Shown here piece after piece: positions 10,019 through 19,353 of a stretch of DNA of 64,000 nucleotides (positions are counted from its first letter, which is position 1; each line of letters starts with the position of its first letter). Origin of the DNA: Actinomycetota bacterium (lineage in GTDB: Bacteria > Actinomycetota > Actinomycetes > Streptosporangiales > Streptosporangiaceae); NCBI GenBank assembly GCA_021324595.1, contig JAJPIV010000048.1, positions 1,876 through 65,875 on the forward strand, written 5' to 3'. Made by a program: the position numbers and the translations under genes. The notes under the pieces are model-generated. The model did not search any database, had not been told where the DNA came from, and worked only from the letters and a program-made list of their open reading frames with translations.

Positions 10019-11518
10019 CTAGCTGGCCGTCTCCAGGGGCGGCAGCCCGGGCGCCGGCCCGGCACCGCCGAGGCCCTCGGCACGCGTCAGCAGCTCGCCG
10101 GCCCGCCGGGCGGCGGCCGGGCGGGCGAGCGCGCCGATGACGCCGAGGGCGAGCCAGGCGACCGCGACCGCCGGGCCCCACCAGGCGACTCCGGTGGGCA
10201 GCGGCCAGACGTTGCGGAACAGCGTGTACCCCAGGACGACGATGCCGAGCGCCGGGACGGCGATCTGCCAGCGCCCCACCGCGGGCCGGCCGGAGAAGAA
10301 CACGAGCTTGACCATGCCGATCGTGGCGAGGACGTAGACGACCAGCAGGATCAGCGTGCCGATGGTCCCGGCCTCGAGGAACAGGGTGAACGGGTCGCCC
10401 CGCAGTACGAACCACGTGAACGCGACCACCACGTACACCGCGACCGCGACCGCGCCGGTCGCGGCGGCCGGCGTGCGGCGCGCGGGCGAGACGCCGCCGA
10501 GGCGCACCGGCAGGATGCCGTCCCGGCCGAGCGCGTAGGCCAGCCGGGCCGCGCCGACCGTGCTGGCAAGCGCGCAGGAGAACGCCGAGATCATCGCGCC
10601 GATCGTGATCACGTTCCCGATCCAGGGCGAGACGTAGGCGGTGCCCAGGTCCCCGATCAGCGAGGGCGAGTTGATGAACGCGGCGACGCCCCTGGCCGAG
10701 GTGCCGAACCCCATCACCTCCACCGCGGTCACCACGAAGAAGTAGACGCCGCCGAAGACCGCGACGCCGAGGATCGCGCGCGGGATGTCCCGGTTCGGCC
10801 GCTTGGTCTCCTCGCCGAGCGTCGCCGCCGCCTCGAACCCGGCGAAGGACAGGAAGCCGAACACCACCCCCAGGAAGAGCGCCGACAGCGGCGTGCCGGA
10901 TGGCAGGCTGAAGGCCGAGCCGTCCACGCCCAGCCCGCCCGGGCCGCTGTGGCCGGCCAGCTTGGCGAACACGACCGCGATCACCACGAGGATCAGCGCC
11001 ACGGTGATCGCCTCCGCGGCGAGCAGCACCCGCGTCCCGCCCCGGGCCGGGGTGAGCGCCAGCCACCAGACCACCACCATGCCGATCGCCCCGAGCAGGA
11101 ACCCGGGCCAGGCCGAGCCGGTCTTCCAGATCCCGGTGGCGTCCAGGAACCCCGCGGCGAACCGGCCGCCCGCCATCGCCGTGGTGACCGCGTAGAACGT
11201 GTACGTCCCGGTCAGCGCCCAGCCGGCGATCACCCCGGCCCGCGGCCCGAGGGTCGCCCCGACGAACCCGTAGACCGAGCCCGAGTGGTGGAACCGCTGG
11301 GTCAGCCGCACGAACGTGTAGGCCACCAGCAGCACGCCGGCGAACGCGAGCGCGAACGCCACCGGCACCGCGCGGCCCACGGTGCTCGCGGTGCCCTGCG
11401 GGTTGATGCTCGCCGCCATGGATGGCGCCATCAGCGCCAGCGAGATGCCGATCGCCTCCCAGACGCTGAGGCTGCGGTGCAGCCCCGGCTGCCCGGCCCG
11501 CTGCTCATCTGCCGTCAT
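10019..11518 (-). CDS. APC family amino acid/amine permease
   Basis: About 12 hydrophobic segments, SGSVYGFV, FAGFEAAATLGEE motif; strong RBS. Confidence 0.92.
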   Translation of the reverse strand: MTADEQRAGQPGLHRSLSVWEAIGISLALMAPSMAASINPQGTASTVGRAVPVAFALAFAGVLLVAYTFVRLTQRFHHSGSVYGFVGATLGPRAGVIAGWALTGTYTFYAVTTAMAGGRFAAGFLDATGIWKTGSAWPGFLLGAIGMVVVWWLALTPARGGTRVLLAAEAITVALILVVIAVVFAKLAGHSGPGGLGVDGSAFSLPSGTPLSALFLGVVFGFLSFAGFEAAATLGEETKRPNRDIPRAILGVAVFGGVYFFVVTAVEVMGFGTSARGVAAFINSPSLIGDLGTAYVSPWIGNVITIGAMISAFSCALASTVGAARLAYALGRDGILPVRLGGVSPARRTPAAATGAVAVAVYVVVAFTWFVLRGDPFTLFLEAGTIGTLILLVVYVLATIGMVKLVFFSGRPAVGRWQIAVPALGIVVLGYTLFRNVWPLPTGVAWWGPAVAVAWLALGVIGALARPAAARRAGELLTRAEGLGGAGPAPGLPPLETAS

Positions 11519-11578
11519 CGATCCGATTCCTCCCCTCCTGCGGGCCGCCGCGCGGACCGCCTCGTGCCTGCGCCGCCG

Positions 11579-12829
11579 TCACGCCCTTCCCGCCGCCCCG
11601 CCCGCCGCCAGCAGGTCGAGCGCGCCCAGGTACCCCGCCAGCAGCGCGTCGGCGACCTGCCCGACCATCTCGTCCGGCGGCAGGAACGAGGGATGGTGCA
11701 GGGTGACCGGGCCGCCGGTGCCGAGGAAGAGCATGAGCGCCGGGACGTCGCGGGTGTAATACGAGAAGTCGTCGGCCCCGCAGGAGCGGAACGAGGCATC
11801 GACCGTGAACCCCGCCTCGCGCAGCCACGGCCAGCTCGCCTCGGCCAGCGCCGCGTCGTTGACCAGGGCGGGCTCGCCCTGGTCGATCGTCACGGCGCCG
11901 CGGCAGCCGTAGGCGAGGCAGGTGTGGGCGACGATCTCGCGGACGGCCCGGTGCAGCGCGGGCCGGTCGGCCTCGTCGAGGACCCGCAGCGTGCCCCGCG
12001 CCGTCGCGGTCGGGGGGATCACGTTCGCCGCGTGGCCGGCGCGGAGCATGCCGACCGAGACCACGACGGCGTGGGTCGGGTCGGCCCGCCGGCTCACGAT
12101 CTGCTGGAGCGCGAGCACGGCCTGGCACAGCGCGACCACCGGGTCGGCGGCCAGCTGCGGGTACCCGGCGTGACCGCCCACCCCCTCGACCGTCAGCTCG
12201 AAGTCGTCGGTCGCCGCGTTCACGGTGCCGGCGGCAGCGGCCACCGTGCCGGCCGGGAGCTGGTGCTGCAGGTGGACGGCGATGACCGCGGCCGGGGCGT
12301 GCGCGGCGAGCGCGCCGGAGGCGACGAGGTCGCGCGCCCCGGACGGGATCGCCTCCTCGCGCGGCTGCAGGACCGCCAGCACGGGGACGGGCAGCTCGCC
12401 GGCGTCGTCGGCGGCCCGCGCGGCGCGGCCGACCGCGGCCAGCGCGGCGAGGTGGACGTCGTGGCCGCAGGCGTGCATCACCGGGGAGCGGGACGCCCAG
12501 GGGACGCCGGTCTGCTCGGTGATCGGCAGCGCGTCCAGCTCTGCCCGCAGCGCCACGCACGGGCCGCCGTCCCGGCCGATCCGGATCAGCCGCCCGGTCC
12601 CGGCGACGGCGGGGGCCTGGGGCGCGCCGAGGGCCGCGGCGACCCGCGCGGCCGTCGCGTGCTCCGACCCGGACGGCTCGGGGTCGGCGTGCAGCTCGTG
12701 CCGGAGCGCGACGGCCGCCTCGACCTCGGCCCGCACCCTGGCCCGCAGCGAGGACGCCAGGCCCGGCGCGGCCCCGCCCGGTGGCCGTGGGCTGGACGCG
12801 CCCGGGCTGGCCAGGGCAGTCCCGCTCAC
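11579..12829 (-). CDS. M20 family amidohydrolase
   Basis: HELHADPE, LRAELDALP, MHACGHDVH, QPREE, GGHAGYP, GADDFS, LHHP; GTG start overlaps the upstream TGA. Confidence 0.92.
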   Translation of the reverse strand: MSGTALASPGASSPRPPGGAAPGLASSLRARVRAEVEAAVALRHELHADPEPSGSEHATAARVAAALGAPQAPAVAGTGRLIRIGRDGGPCVALRAELDALPITEQTGVPWASRSPVMHACGHDVHLAALAAVGRAARAADDAGELPVPVLAVLQPREEAIPSGARDLVASGALAAHAPAAVIAVHLQHQLPAGTVAAAAGTVNAATDDFELTVEGVGGHAGYPQLAADPVVALCQAVLALQQIVSRRADPTHAVVVSVGMLRAGHAANVIPPTATARGTLRVLDEADRPALHRAVREIVAHTCLAYGCRGAVTIDQGEPALVNDAALAEASWPWLREAGFTVDASFRSCGADDFSYYTRDVPALMLFLGTGGPVTLHHPSFLPPDEMVGQVADALLAGYLGALDLLAAGGAAGRA

Positions 12830-13968
12830 CGGTCGCCCAGCCGGTAGACGCGGACGGCGTTGGCCGACCCGATCAGCTCCGCGGCCCGCCCGGCGTCGGC
12901 CGCCGCCCAGGCGCCGTCGGCGACGAACGCGCTTGTGACCCGGGACAGGTCCCGGCGGAACCCGGCCGCGCCCAGGTAGTGCAGCTCCGGCAGGCCGAAT
13001 GCGTCCGAGGAGTACAGCATCTTGTGCAGCGGGGTCAGCTCGAGCGCCTCGGCGAGCACCGCCGCCGAGCGGGCGCCGACATGGTTGAGCGCCGCGCCGA
13101 CGTCCATGTAGACGTGCGGGAACACGTGCGCCAGGTAGCCGGCCTCCCGGTGGTACGGGTAGCAGTGCAGCAGCATGACCGGGGTGCCGGCCGGCCGGGT
13201 GGCGAGCAGGAAGTCGTGGAGCAGGGACGGGTTGCCGCGGTGCAGCCGCACGTCCGGGTCGCCGAATCCGACGTGGAACTGCAGCGGGAGGCCGGAGTCG
13301 ATCGCGTGCCAGGCCAGGTGCCGCAGCAGCACAGGGTCCTCCACCCGGGCGCGACCAGGCTCCGGCTCGGCCTCGATGGCGGCGAGCAGGCGCCCGGCAG
13401 CCGCCGTGACCTGCGCGGGGGCGGGCCGGGCAGGGTCCAGGCCGAGTCCGTGGCGGTAGGCGGCGACCGACTTGAACCCGACCGCGCCGGCCGAGGCGAC
13501 CGCTCCGGCCAGCGCCCTGGCGAGCGCGTCCGCGAACCCGGCCGCGCTCGTCCCGGCCCGGGCGACCTGCTCGGCGACGGCCTCCAGGCGCACGATGTGC
13601 CGCGCCGGGGCGCCGCTCGCCTGGGCCAGCTGCTCGGGCGTGGTCAGCCGGCCGCCCTGGTAACCGGTGTCCACCAGCCAGGCGGCGACCCCGGCGGCGC
13701 GCAGCAGCCGCCGGTTCACCTCGCTCGCGCCCAGCGCGGCCCGGCGGGCCAGGTAGTCCTCCGCCGGGGCCGACGGCTCCAGGCCCAGCACCGGGGCGCA
13801 CCAGCGGCGCACCGCGAGCCCGAGCTGGCTGTCGAACATCGTGGTCCCCGGCGGCGCCGGCCAGGGCGACTCGGAGAGCAGCCCCTCGAAGCCGGCCTGG
13901 TCCAGGTCCGCGGTGACCACGCCATGCACGTGGTGGTCAACCAGCGCGAACTCGCCCGCTGCGGTCAC
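12826..13968 (-). CDS. Amidohydrolase_2 family protein (like the N-terminal domain of FluG/NodGS)
   Basis: VDHHVH, GFKSVAAYRHGL, LQFHVGFGD, LLHCYPY, YSSDAF. Confidence 0.9.
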   Translation of the reverse strand: MTAAGEFALVDHHVHGVVTADLDQAGFEGLLSESPWPAPPGTTMFDSQLGLAVRRWCAPVLGLEPSAPAEDYLARRAALGASEVNRRLLRAAGVAAWLVDTGYQGGRLTTPEQLAQASGAPARHIVRLEAVAEQVARAGTSAAGFADALARALAGAVASAGAVGFKSVAAYRHGLGLDPARPAPAQVTAAAGRLLAAIEAEPEPGRARVEDPVLLRHLAWHAIDSGLPLQFHVGFGDPDVRLHRGNPSLLHDFLLATRPAGTPVMLLHCYPYHREAGYLAHVFPHVYMDVGAALNHVGARSAAVLAEALELTPLHKMLYSSDAFGLPELHYLGAAGFRRDLSRVTSAFVADGAWAAADAGRAAELIGSANAVRVYRLGDR

Positions 13969-14951
13969 GTCCCCTCCCCTGGGCCGGCGCTCACCCCGGC
14001 GCCGGCCGCTTCGACCGTCCCGTGGTGCAGCGCGTCGTACCGGGCCATCCGGGCGAGCGGCGCGTCGCCCAGCCTGTCCACCACCGCGGTGACCAGCGCC
14101 TCGACGAGCGCGACCGCGGGCGTCAGCGCGTCGAACGGCGACGGCGACAGCACGCTGGAGGTCAGGACGACATCGGCGTGGGCGGCCAGCGGTGATAGGT
14201 ACGGGTCGGTGAACGCGACCAGCGTCGCCCCCTGCCGCTTGGCGGTCACCGCCAGCCGCACCGTGTCGTGCTGGTACCTGCGGTAGTCGAAGGCGACCAG
14301 CACGTCGCGGGGGCCGACGTCGAGCAGCGCGCTCACCCGGTCGGCCCCCGCGGAGGAGACCGAGCGCACCCCCGGCCGGAGGATGCGCAGGTGCGCGGCC
14401 AGGTGCTCGGCGAGCATCGAGCTGAACCGCCCGCCGATCAGGACCACGCCGCGCCGCTGATCGGTGAGCAGGCGCACCGCCTGCTCGAACTCGCTTCTCG
14501 GCATCCGGGCGAAGCTCGCCCGGATGCCCTCGCAGAGCATGTGCTCGGCCCGGTCGAGCGCGTGCCGGCCGGCGGCGGACCGGCCCGGGTGCAGGGCCAG
14601 CGGCGAGGAGAGCCGGGCCGAGACCTCGGACTTCAGGGAGGCCTGGAAGTCCGCGTAGCTGCCGAACGCGAGCTTGCCGACGAGCCTGACGACGGTGGGC
14701 GGGCTGACCCCGGCCGTGGCGGCGAGCCTGGCGACCGGCTCCAGGCCGCGCACCGGGTAGTCGGCGAGCAGCGCCCGGGCGACCTTCCGCTCGGCGGGGG
14801 TCAGCCGCTCCAGGCGCAGGGCGAGCCGCTCGGCGACCGTGGCCCCGGCCTCGGCGGCGCCGGGCACGCCGGGCGCGGATCCCGCAGCCCCGGGCCCAGC
14901 GGCCCCGCGCCCTGCGGCCGGCCCGGGACCTCCGGCTGCCCCCGTGCCCAT
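13965..14951 (-). CDS. MurR/RpiR family transcriptional regulator
   Basis: LTPAERKVA, VSPPTVVRL..KLAFGSY HTH followed by an SIS domain. Confidence 0.92.
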   Translation of the reverse strand: MGTGAAGGPGPAAGRGAAGPGAAGSAPGVPGAAEAGATVAERLALRLERLTPAERKVARALLADYPVRGLEPVARLAATAGVSPPTVVRLVGKLAFGSYADFQASLKSEVSARLSSPLALHPGRSAAGRHALDRAEHMLCEGIRASFARMPRSEFEQAVRLLTDQRRGVVLIGGRFSSMLAEHLAAHLRILRPGVRSVSSAGADRVSALLDVGPRDVLVAFDYRRYQHDTVRLAVTAKRQGATLVAFTDPYLSPLAAHADVVLTSSVLSPSPFDALTPAVALVEALVTAVVDRLGDAPLARMARYDALHHGTVEAAGAGVSAGPGEGT

Positions 14952-14955
14952 GGGC

Positions 14956-16437
14956 TTACCACCGCCAGCGGGTGCGGGCGACGATCTCCTCGGCGGACGC
15001 CCCGGCGAACAGCTCGATCTCCGCGCGGCGGACGGCCAGGAACGCCTCGAACATCGGCTCGCCCATCGCCTCGCGGAGCGTCTCGCTGCCGCTGAGCAGG
15101 CTCACCGACTCGGCGAGCGACTCCGGCAGCCGCCGGGCGCCGCACGCCGCCAGGTCCTCGGGCGCGAGCGCGACCGGGTCTCCGACGATCTCCCCCGGCA
15201 GCCTGGCCCCGGCCTCGATCCCGGCCAGCCCCGCCGCGAGCAGCGACCCGGCCACCAGGTAGGGGTTCGCGGCCAGGTCGAAGCACTTGACCTCGAGGTT
15301 GGCGCGCTGTCCGCGCTCCCCTGCCGAGCCGGTGACCAGCCGCAGGGCCGCCTCCCGGTTCTCCCGGCCCCAGCACTGGTAGGCGCCCGCCCAGTGGGAC
15401 GGGACCAGGCGCAGGTAGCTCGCCACGCTCGGCGACCCGATGGCGGTCAGCGCGGGCAGCGCGTCGAGCACCCCGCCGGCGAACGCCTCGCCGTCGGCGG
15501 TCATGCCGTACCGGCCGGGGCCGCCGGCCAGCAGGTTCTCCCCGTCCCGCCACAGGCTCAGGTGAACGTGGCCCCCGTTGCCGACCCCCCCGGCGACCAC
15601 GGCGGGCGCGAACGAGGCCAGCAGGCCATGCCGCTGGGTCACGGCCCGGATCGTCTGCCTGACCAGGACGCTGTCGTCCGCAGCGCCGACCGGGTCATTC
15701 GGTGCCACCGAGAGCTCCATCTGGCCGGCCGCGTACTCGGGGTGGAACTGCTCGACGACGACGCCCTGGCGCTCGATCGCCTCGCACACCTCGCGGGCGT
15801 AGTCGGACATCTCGATCACCCGGGTCATGCCGTACGCGGGGCCGACGCAGGCCGGGGCGAACTGGCCGTCCTCCTCGGTGCCGACCGCCCACTCCACCTC
15901 GAAGGCCGCCTGGACCCGCAGGCCGGCCTCGCGCGCCCGGTCGGTCATCCGGCGGGCGAACGCCCGCTGGCAGCCCGCGTAGCGGCGGCCGTCCTGGGTG
16001 TACCGGTCGACCGGGGCGAACGCCCAGCCGGGCTGGGCGGCCAGCGGGGTGACCCGGTCCAGGTCAGGGACCAGCCGCAGGTCACCGCCCGGCCCGCCGA
16101 TGTGCGCGCTCGTGGTGATCGAGTCGTCGACGACGAACACGTCGAACACCGGGGACATGCCGATGCCCCAGCCGGCGGCGTGCTCGAACCGGCCGAGCGG
16201 CACCGCCTTGACCCGGGTGAGGCCGGCGTTGTCCACCCAGCACAGCGCGACCATCGCCGCCCCGGCCTCGGCCAGCCGCCTGGCGACCGGGCCCGCCCGG
16301 CGGGTCAGCTCGGCTCGCTCCGCGGGGCCGAGCAGCGCCGGGCCGTAGGCGGCCTCGCGCCCCCAGTCCGGCCCGCCGGGCTCCCCCGGAGCCCCGCCGG
16401 CCCGGCCAGGCTCCTCGGCAGCCCGCACGGTCATCAT
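14956..16437 (-). CDS. Glutamine synthetase-like gamma-glutamyl ligase (GlnA3-like)
   Basis: FEVEW, HPEYAAGQME, GNGGHVHLSL, WGRENREAALR, NLEVK. Confidence 0.9.
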   Translation of the reverse strand: MMTVRAAEEPGRAGGAPGEPGGPDWGREAAYGPALLGPAERAELTRRAGPVARRLAEAGAAMVALCWVDNAGLTRVKAVPLGRFEHAAGWGIGMSPVFDVFVVDDSITTSAHIGGPGGDLRLVPDLDRVTPLAAQPGWAFAPVDRYTQDGRRYAGCQRAFARRMTDRAREAGLRVQAAFEVEWAVGTEEDGQFAPACVGPAYGMTRVIEMSDYAREVCEAIERQGVVVEQFHPEYAAGQMELSVAPNDPVGAADDSVLVRQTIRAVTQRHGLLASFAPAVVAGGVGNGGHVHLSLWRDGENLLAGGPGRYGMTADGEAFAGGVLDALPALTAIGSPSVASYLRLVPSHWAGAYQCWGRENREAALRLVTGSAGERGQRANLEVKCFDLAANPYLVAGSLLAAGLAGIEAGARLPGEIVGDPVALAPEDLAACGARRLPESLAESVSLLSGSETLREAMGEPMFEAFLAVRRAEIELFAGASAEEIVARTRWRW

Positions 16438-16477
16438 GCACCTCGCTTCGGATCACGTCCTCCGGCCGGGTGTCCGA

Positions 16478-16516
16478 AGCGTTACACGGAAGCGATCAAG
16501 TCGTCAATATGTAACG
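16478..16516 (-). promoter_or_regulatory. Putative promoter/operator of the GS-like operon
   Basis: Minus-strand TTGACG-N17-TAACGC; CGTTACA (16480-16486) and TGTAACG (16510-16516) form an inverted pair. Confidence 0.45.
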
Positions 16517-16623
16517 GAGCCCTCATAACCGCCGCTGACCTGGCCGGCCGCTGACGGCAACGGGCCGGTGACGGGCAGCGGCATATCCGGCACCTGGGGA
16601 CCGCGCTCCCGCCGCAGCCCGCC

Positions 16624-17595
16624 ATGGTGACCGACAATGAGCCGGTGACGGACGACGGCACAGGTGAGGCGGCGGCCGGAGGCGCCCTCCCGGCCGGAGG
16701 CTTCGCCGCGGCCGGGACGGCGGAACGGATCGAGCTGCTGGCCGACCTCGACCAGCCGGGCTCGTGGGTGCTGCTCGCCGACGGCGTGGTGCAATCCCAT
16801 GTCGACCTCGCTGACCCGGGCCACCTGGACCTTGAGTACGTGAGGCGCATCGGGCACCTGATCGACCTGGCCGCCCCGCCCGGCGCGCCGCTGCGGGTGC
16901 TGCACCTGGGCGGTGGCGCGCTCACCCTGGCCCGCTACGTCGCCGCCACCCGGCCAGGCTCGCGCCAGGTCGCCGCCGAGCCCGACCCGCGCGTGACGCG
17001 CCTGGTCGCCGAGCGGCTGCCGGTCCAGGGCCTGGCCGGGCAGCTCGACGTGCGGCTCGCCGACGCCCGCAGCGTGCTCGGCGAGGTCCCGCCCGGCTCG
17101 TTCGACGTGGTGATCGCCGACGCGTTCGCCGGCGGGCGGACGCCCGCCCACCTGACATCGGCGGAGTTCGCCGCCGAGGCGGCGCGGGCGCTGGCCCCGG
17201 CGGGGCTGTTCGCGGTCAACGTGGCCGACGGCCCTCCCCTCGCCCACGCCCGCGGCCGCATCGCCGCGCTGCGGTCGGCGCTCCCGCAGGTCTGCGTGCT
17301 CGCCGAGGCCGGGGTGCTGCGGGGACGCCGGTTCGGCAACCTGGTCGCGGTCGGGTCGCGCCGCGAGCCCCCGCTCGCCAGGCTCGCCCGCCGGGCCGCC
17401 GCCGACCCGTTCCCCGCGCGGCTGGTGCACGGCGCGGCGCTGGAGGAGTTCCTCGCCGGCGCCGCGCCGATCACCGATCGCACCGCCGAGCCGTCCCCGC
17501 CGCCTCCCCCCGGGCTCGCAGCCATCCCGCCGGGCCGCGGCGACGGCCCCGGGCGGGAGCGCCGCGGCCGGGCCGGGTCCCGCGAATCCCAGTGA
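16624..17595 (+). CDS. Spermidine-synthase-like SAM-dependent protein
   Basis: DGVVQSHVDL, LEYVRR, LHLGGGALTL, DVVIADAF, GRRFGN. Confidence 0.85.
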   Translation: MVTDNEPVTDDGTGEAAAGGALPAGGFAAAGTAERIELLADLDQPGSWVLLADGVVQSHVDLADPGHLDLEYVRRIGHLIDLAAPPGAPLRVLHLGGGALTLARYVAATRPGSRQVAAEPDPRVTRLVAERLPVQGLAGQLDVRLADARSVLGEVPPGSFDVVIADAFAGGRTPAHLTSAEFAAEAARALAPAGLFAVNVADGPPLAHARGRIAALRSALPQVCVLAEAGVLRGRRFGNLVAVGSRREPPLARLARRAAADPFPARLVHGAALEEFLAGAAPITDRTAEPSPPPPPGLAAIPPGRGDGPGRERRGRAGSRESQ

Positions 17596-17624
17596 CCCGG
17601 CCCGCCGGCCCCCCGGACCGCCGT

Positions 17625-18212
17625 TCAGGAGCTGTAGAGCGGGATGCCCGTCCCGGCCCTGAGCGCGGTGGCGCGGAGCACTCCCCCGCCAGGCATGCCC
17701 CGGCAGGCCGCGGCGGTCAGCCAGGAGTCCTGGCCGCGCTTCTGGCGGGGCAGGTAGACGATCACCCGCGCGGTGACCGGGTGGGCGCACACCGCGCCCG
17801 CGTCGCGGACGGTGAGCGTGAAGTGCCCGGTCGCGAGCGGCGCGAGCCTGATCAGCGGGCCCCGGCCCGAGGCCGGCGCCCTGGTCCCGACCATGTGGCC
17901 GCCCGGCCCGACCGCGGCCAGGCCGGGCACGCCGCGCAGCGCGCATGGCCGGCGCCCGGTGTTCGTCACCTCGACCTCGTAGGTCACGCCCCCGGCGAAC
18001 CCGTCGGCAGGATTCGCCGACCAGACGAACGCCCCGCCCCGCAGGGCCGGCCTGGCCGCGACGCACCCGCCCGCCCGGGCCGCCGCCCGGGCGCGGCCCT
18101 GCTGGGCCGACGGTGCCGCGAGGGCGGCGACGGGCAACGCGACGGCGGCGCACGCCGCGCCCCCGAGCAGCAGGACGCGGTGACCCCGCGGCCGCGTGAA
18201 TGGATTCCTCAT
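17625..18212 (-). CDS. Secreted DUF4232-like protein
   Basis: Signal peptide; TNTGRRPCALRGVPG motif; 4 Cys in the mature part. Confidence 0.7.
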   Translation of the reverse strand: MRNPFTRPRGHRVLLLGGAACAAVALPVAALAAPSAQQGRARAAARAGGCVAARPALRGGAFVWSANPADGFAGGVTYEVEVTNTGRRPCALRGVPGLAAVGPGGHMVGTRAPASGRGPLIRLAPLATGHFTLTVRDAGAVCAHPVTARVIVYLPRQKRGQDSWLTAAACRGMPGGGVLRATALRAGTGIPLYSS

Positions 18213-18354
18213 CGTGCGCTCCTCCGGCTCGTCGGATGTGCCGACTCCCAGGACGCCGGTGCCCGCGCCCGGGTTGCGCCGCCCGGCCCGGCGCCCGCCC
18301 GGCGCTGGCCCGGCGGGCCCGCCCGCGGCGCGGCGGGCACCGCGAGCCGGCGGA

Positions 18355-19353
18355 TCAGCGGGCGCGGCGGCGCCCGCGGTTGATCCGGTCGAGCAGCGCC
18401 GCGCAGGCGTGCACGGTGCGGATGTGCGGCACGTCGATCCCGAGCCGGCCGGCCAGCTCGATCACCGCTCCGGTCATGCAGTCCAGCTCGAGCCGCTTGC
18501 CGGCCTCCAGGTCCTGCAGCATCGAGGTGCGGTGGTCGCCGACCGCCAGGCCCGCCTCGAGCCGGCGGTCGAGCGAGACCGGGAAGCTGACCCCCAGGGC
18601 TGCGGCCACGGCCGCGACCTCGGCGAACACGGCCCGGAGCAGCTCGACCACCTCGGGGCTGCCGCCGAGCTCCCCGAGCGTGGCCCTGGTGAGCGCGGTG
18701 ACCGGGTTGAAGGCCACGTTCCCGATCAGCTTCAGCCAGATCTGGTCGCGCAGCCTGGGGTCCACCGGGGCCTTCAGCCCGCCCGCCGCGAACGCGCGCG
18801 AGATCTCCGCGCACCGCTGCGACGCCGACCCGTCGGGCTCGCCGATGCTGAACCTGGTCCCCTCGATGTGCCGGATCACCCCGGGCCCGGCGATCTCGGT
18901 CGAGCAGTAGACCACGCACCCGACGTTGTGCTGCGGGTCGATCGACCGGGCGATCACCCCGCCCGGGTCGACGCTCTCCAGCCGGCCCGCCTCGCCGCTG
19001 CCCGGCGAGCCGGCGGGCAGCCCCTGGAAGTACCAGAACGGGATGCCGTTCTGCGCCCAGATCACCGCGGCGCCCGGGGCGAGCGCCTCCCCCAGCCGCG
19101 GCGCGATCTCCGGCAGGCTGTAGGCCTTGAGCGCGACGAACACCACGTCCGCGCTGGCGACCGCGCCGAGGTCGTCGGTGGCCGGCGGCCGCGCCGTGAA
19201 GTCCCCGCGCGGCGAGCGCACGGTCACGCCGTTCTCCCGCATCGCAGCCAGGTGCGCCCCGCGCGCGATCAGCGTGACGTCCGCGCCGCCCCGGGCCAGG
19301 GCCGCCCCCACGTAGGCGCCGATCGCGCCGGCGCCGAGCACGGCGAACCTCAC
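18355..19353 (-). CDS. Ketopantoate-reductase (PanE/ApbA) family oxidoreductase, possibly oxalyl-CoA reductase
   Basis: GAGAIG, LKAYS, QNGIPFWYF, WLKLIGN, TSMLQD, LELD; GTGA overlap with the CoA ligase gene. Confidence 0.88.
   Translation of the reverse strand: MRFAVLGAGAIGAYVGAALARGGADVTLIARGAHLAAMRENGVTVRSPRGDFTARPPATDDLGAVASADVVFVALKAYSLPEIAPRLGEALAPGAAVIWAQNGIPFWYFQGLPAGSPGSGEAGRLESVDPGGVIARSIDPQHNVGCVVYCSTEIAGPGVIRHIEGTRFSIGEPDGSASQRCAEISRAFAAGGLKAPVDPRLRDQIWLKLIGNVAFNPVTALTRATLGELGGSPEVVELLRAVFAEVAAVAAALGVSFPVSLDRRLEAGLAVGDHRTSMLQDLEAGKRLELDCMTGAVIELAGRLGIDVPHIRTVHACAALLDRINRGRRRAR

Noticed and set aside
9554..12847. 1097-aa plus-strand ORF
   Set aside because: Antisense shadow of the permease and M20 genes; Arg/Gly/Pro-rich with no motifs, as expected in high-GC DNA.
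11579..13801. 740-aa ORF suggesting a long M20 fusion
   Set aside because: The true start is the GTG at 12829; the upstream part overlaps the amidohydrolase in another frame.
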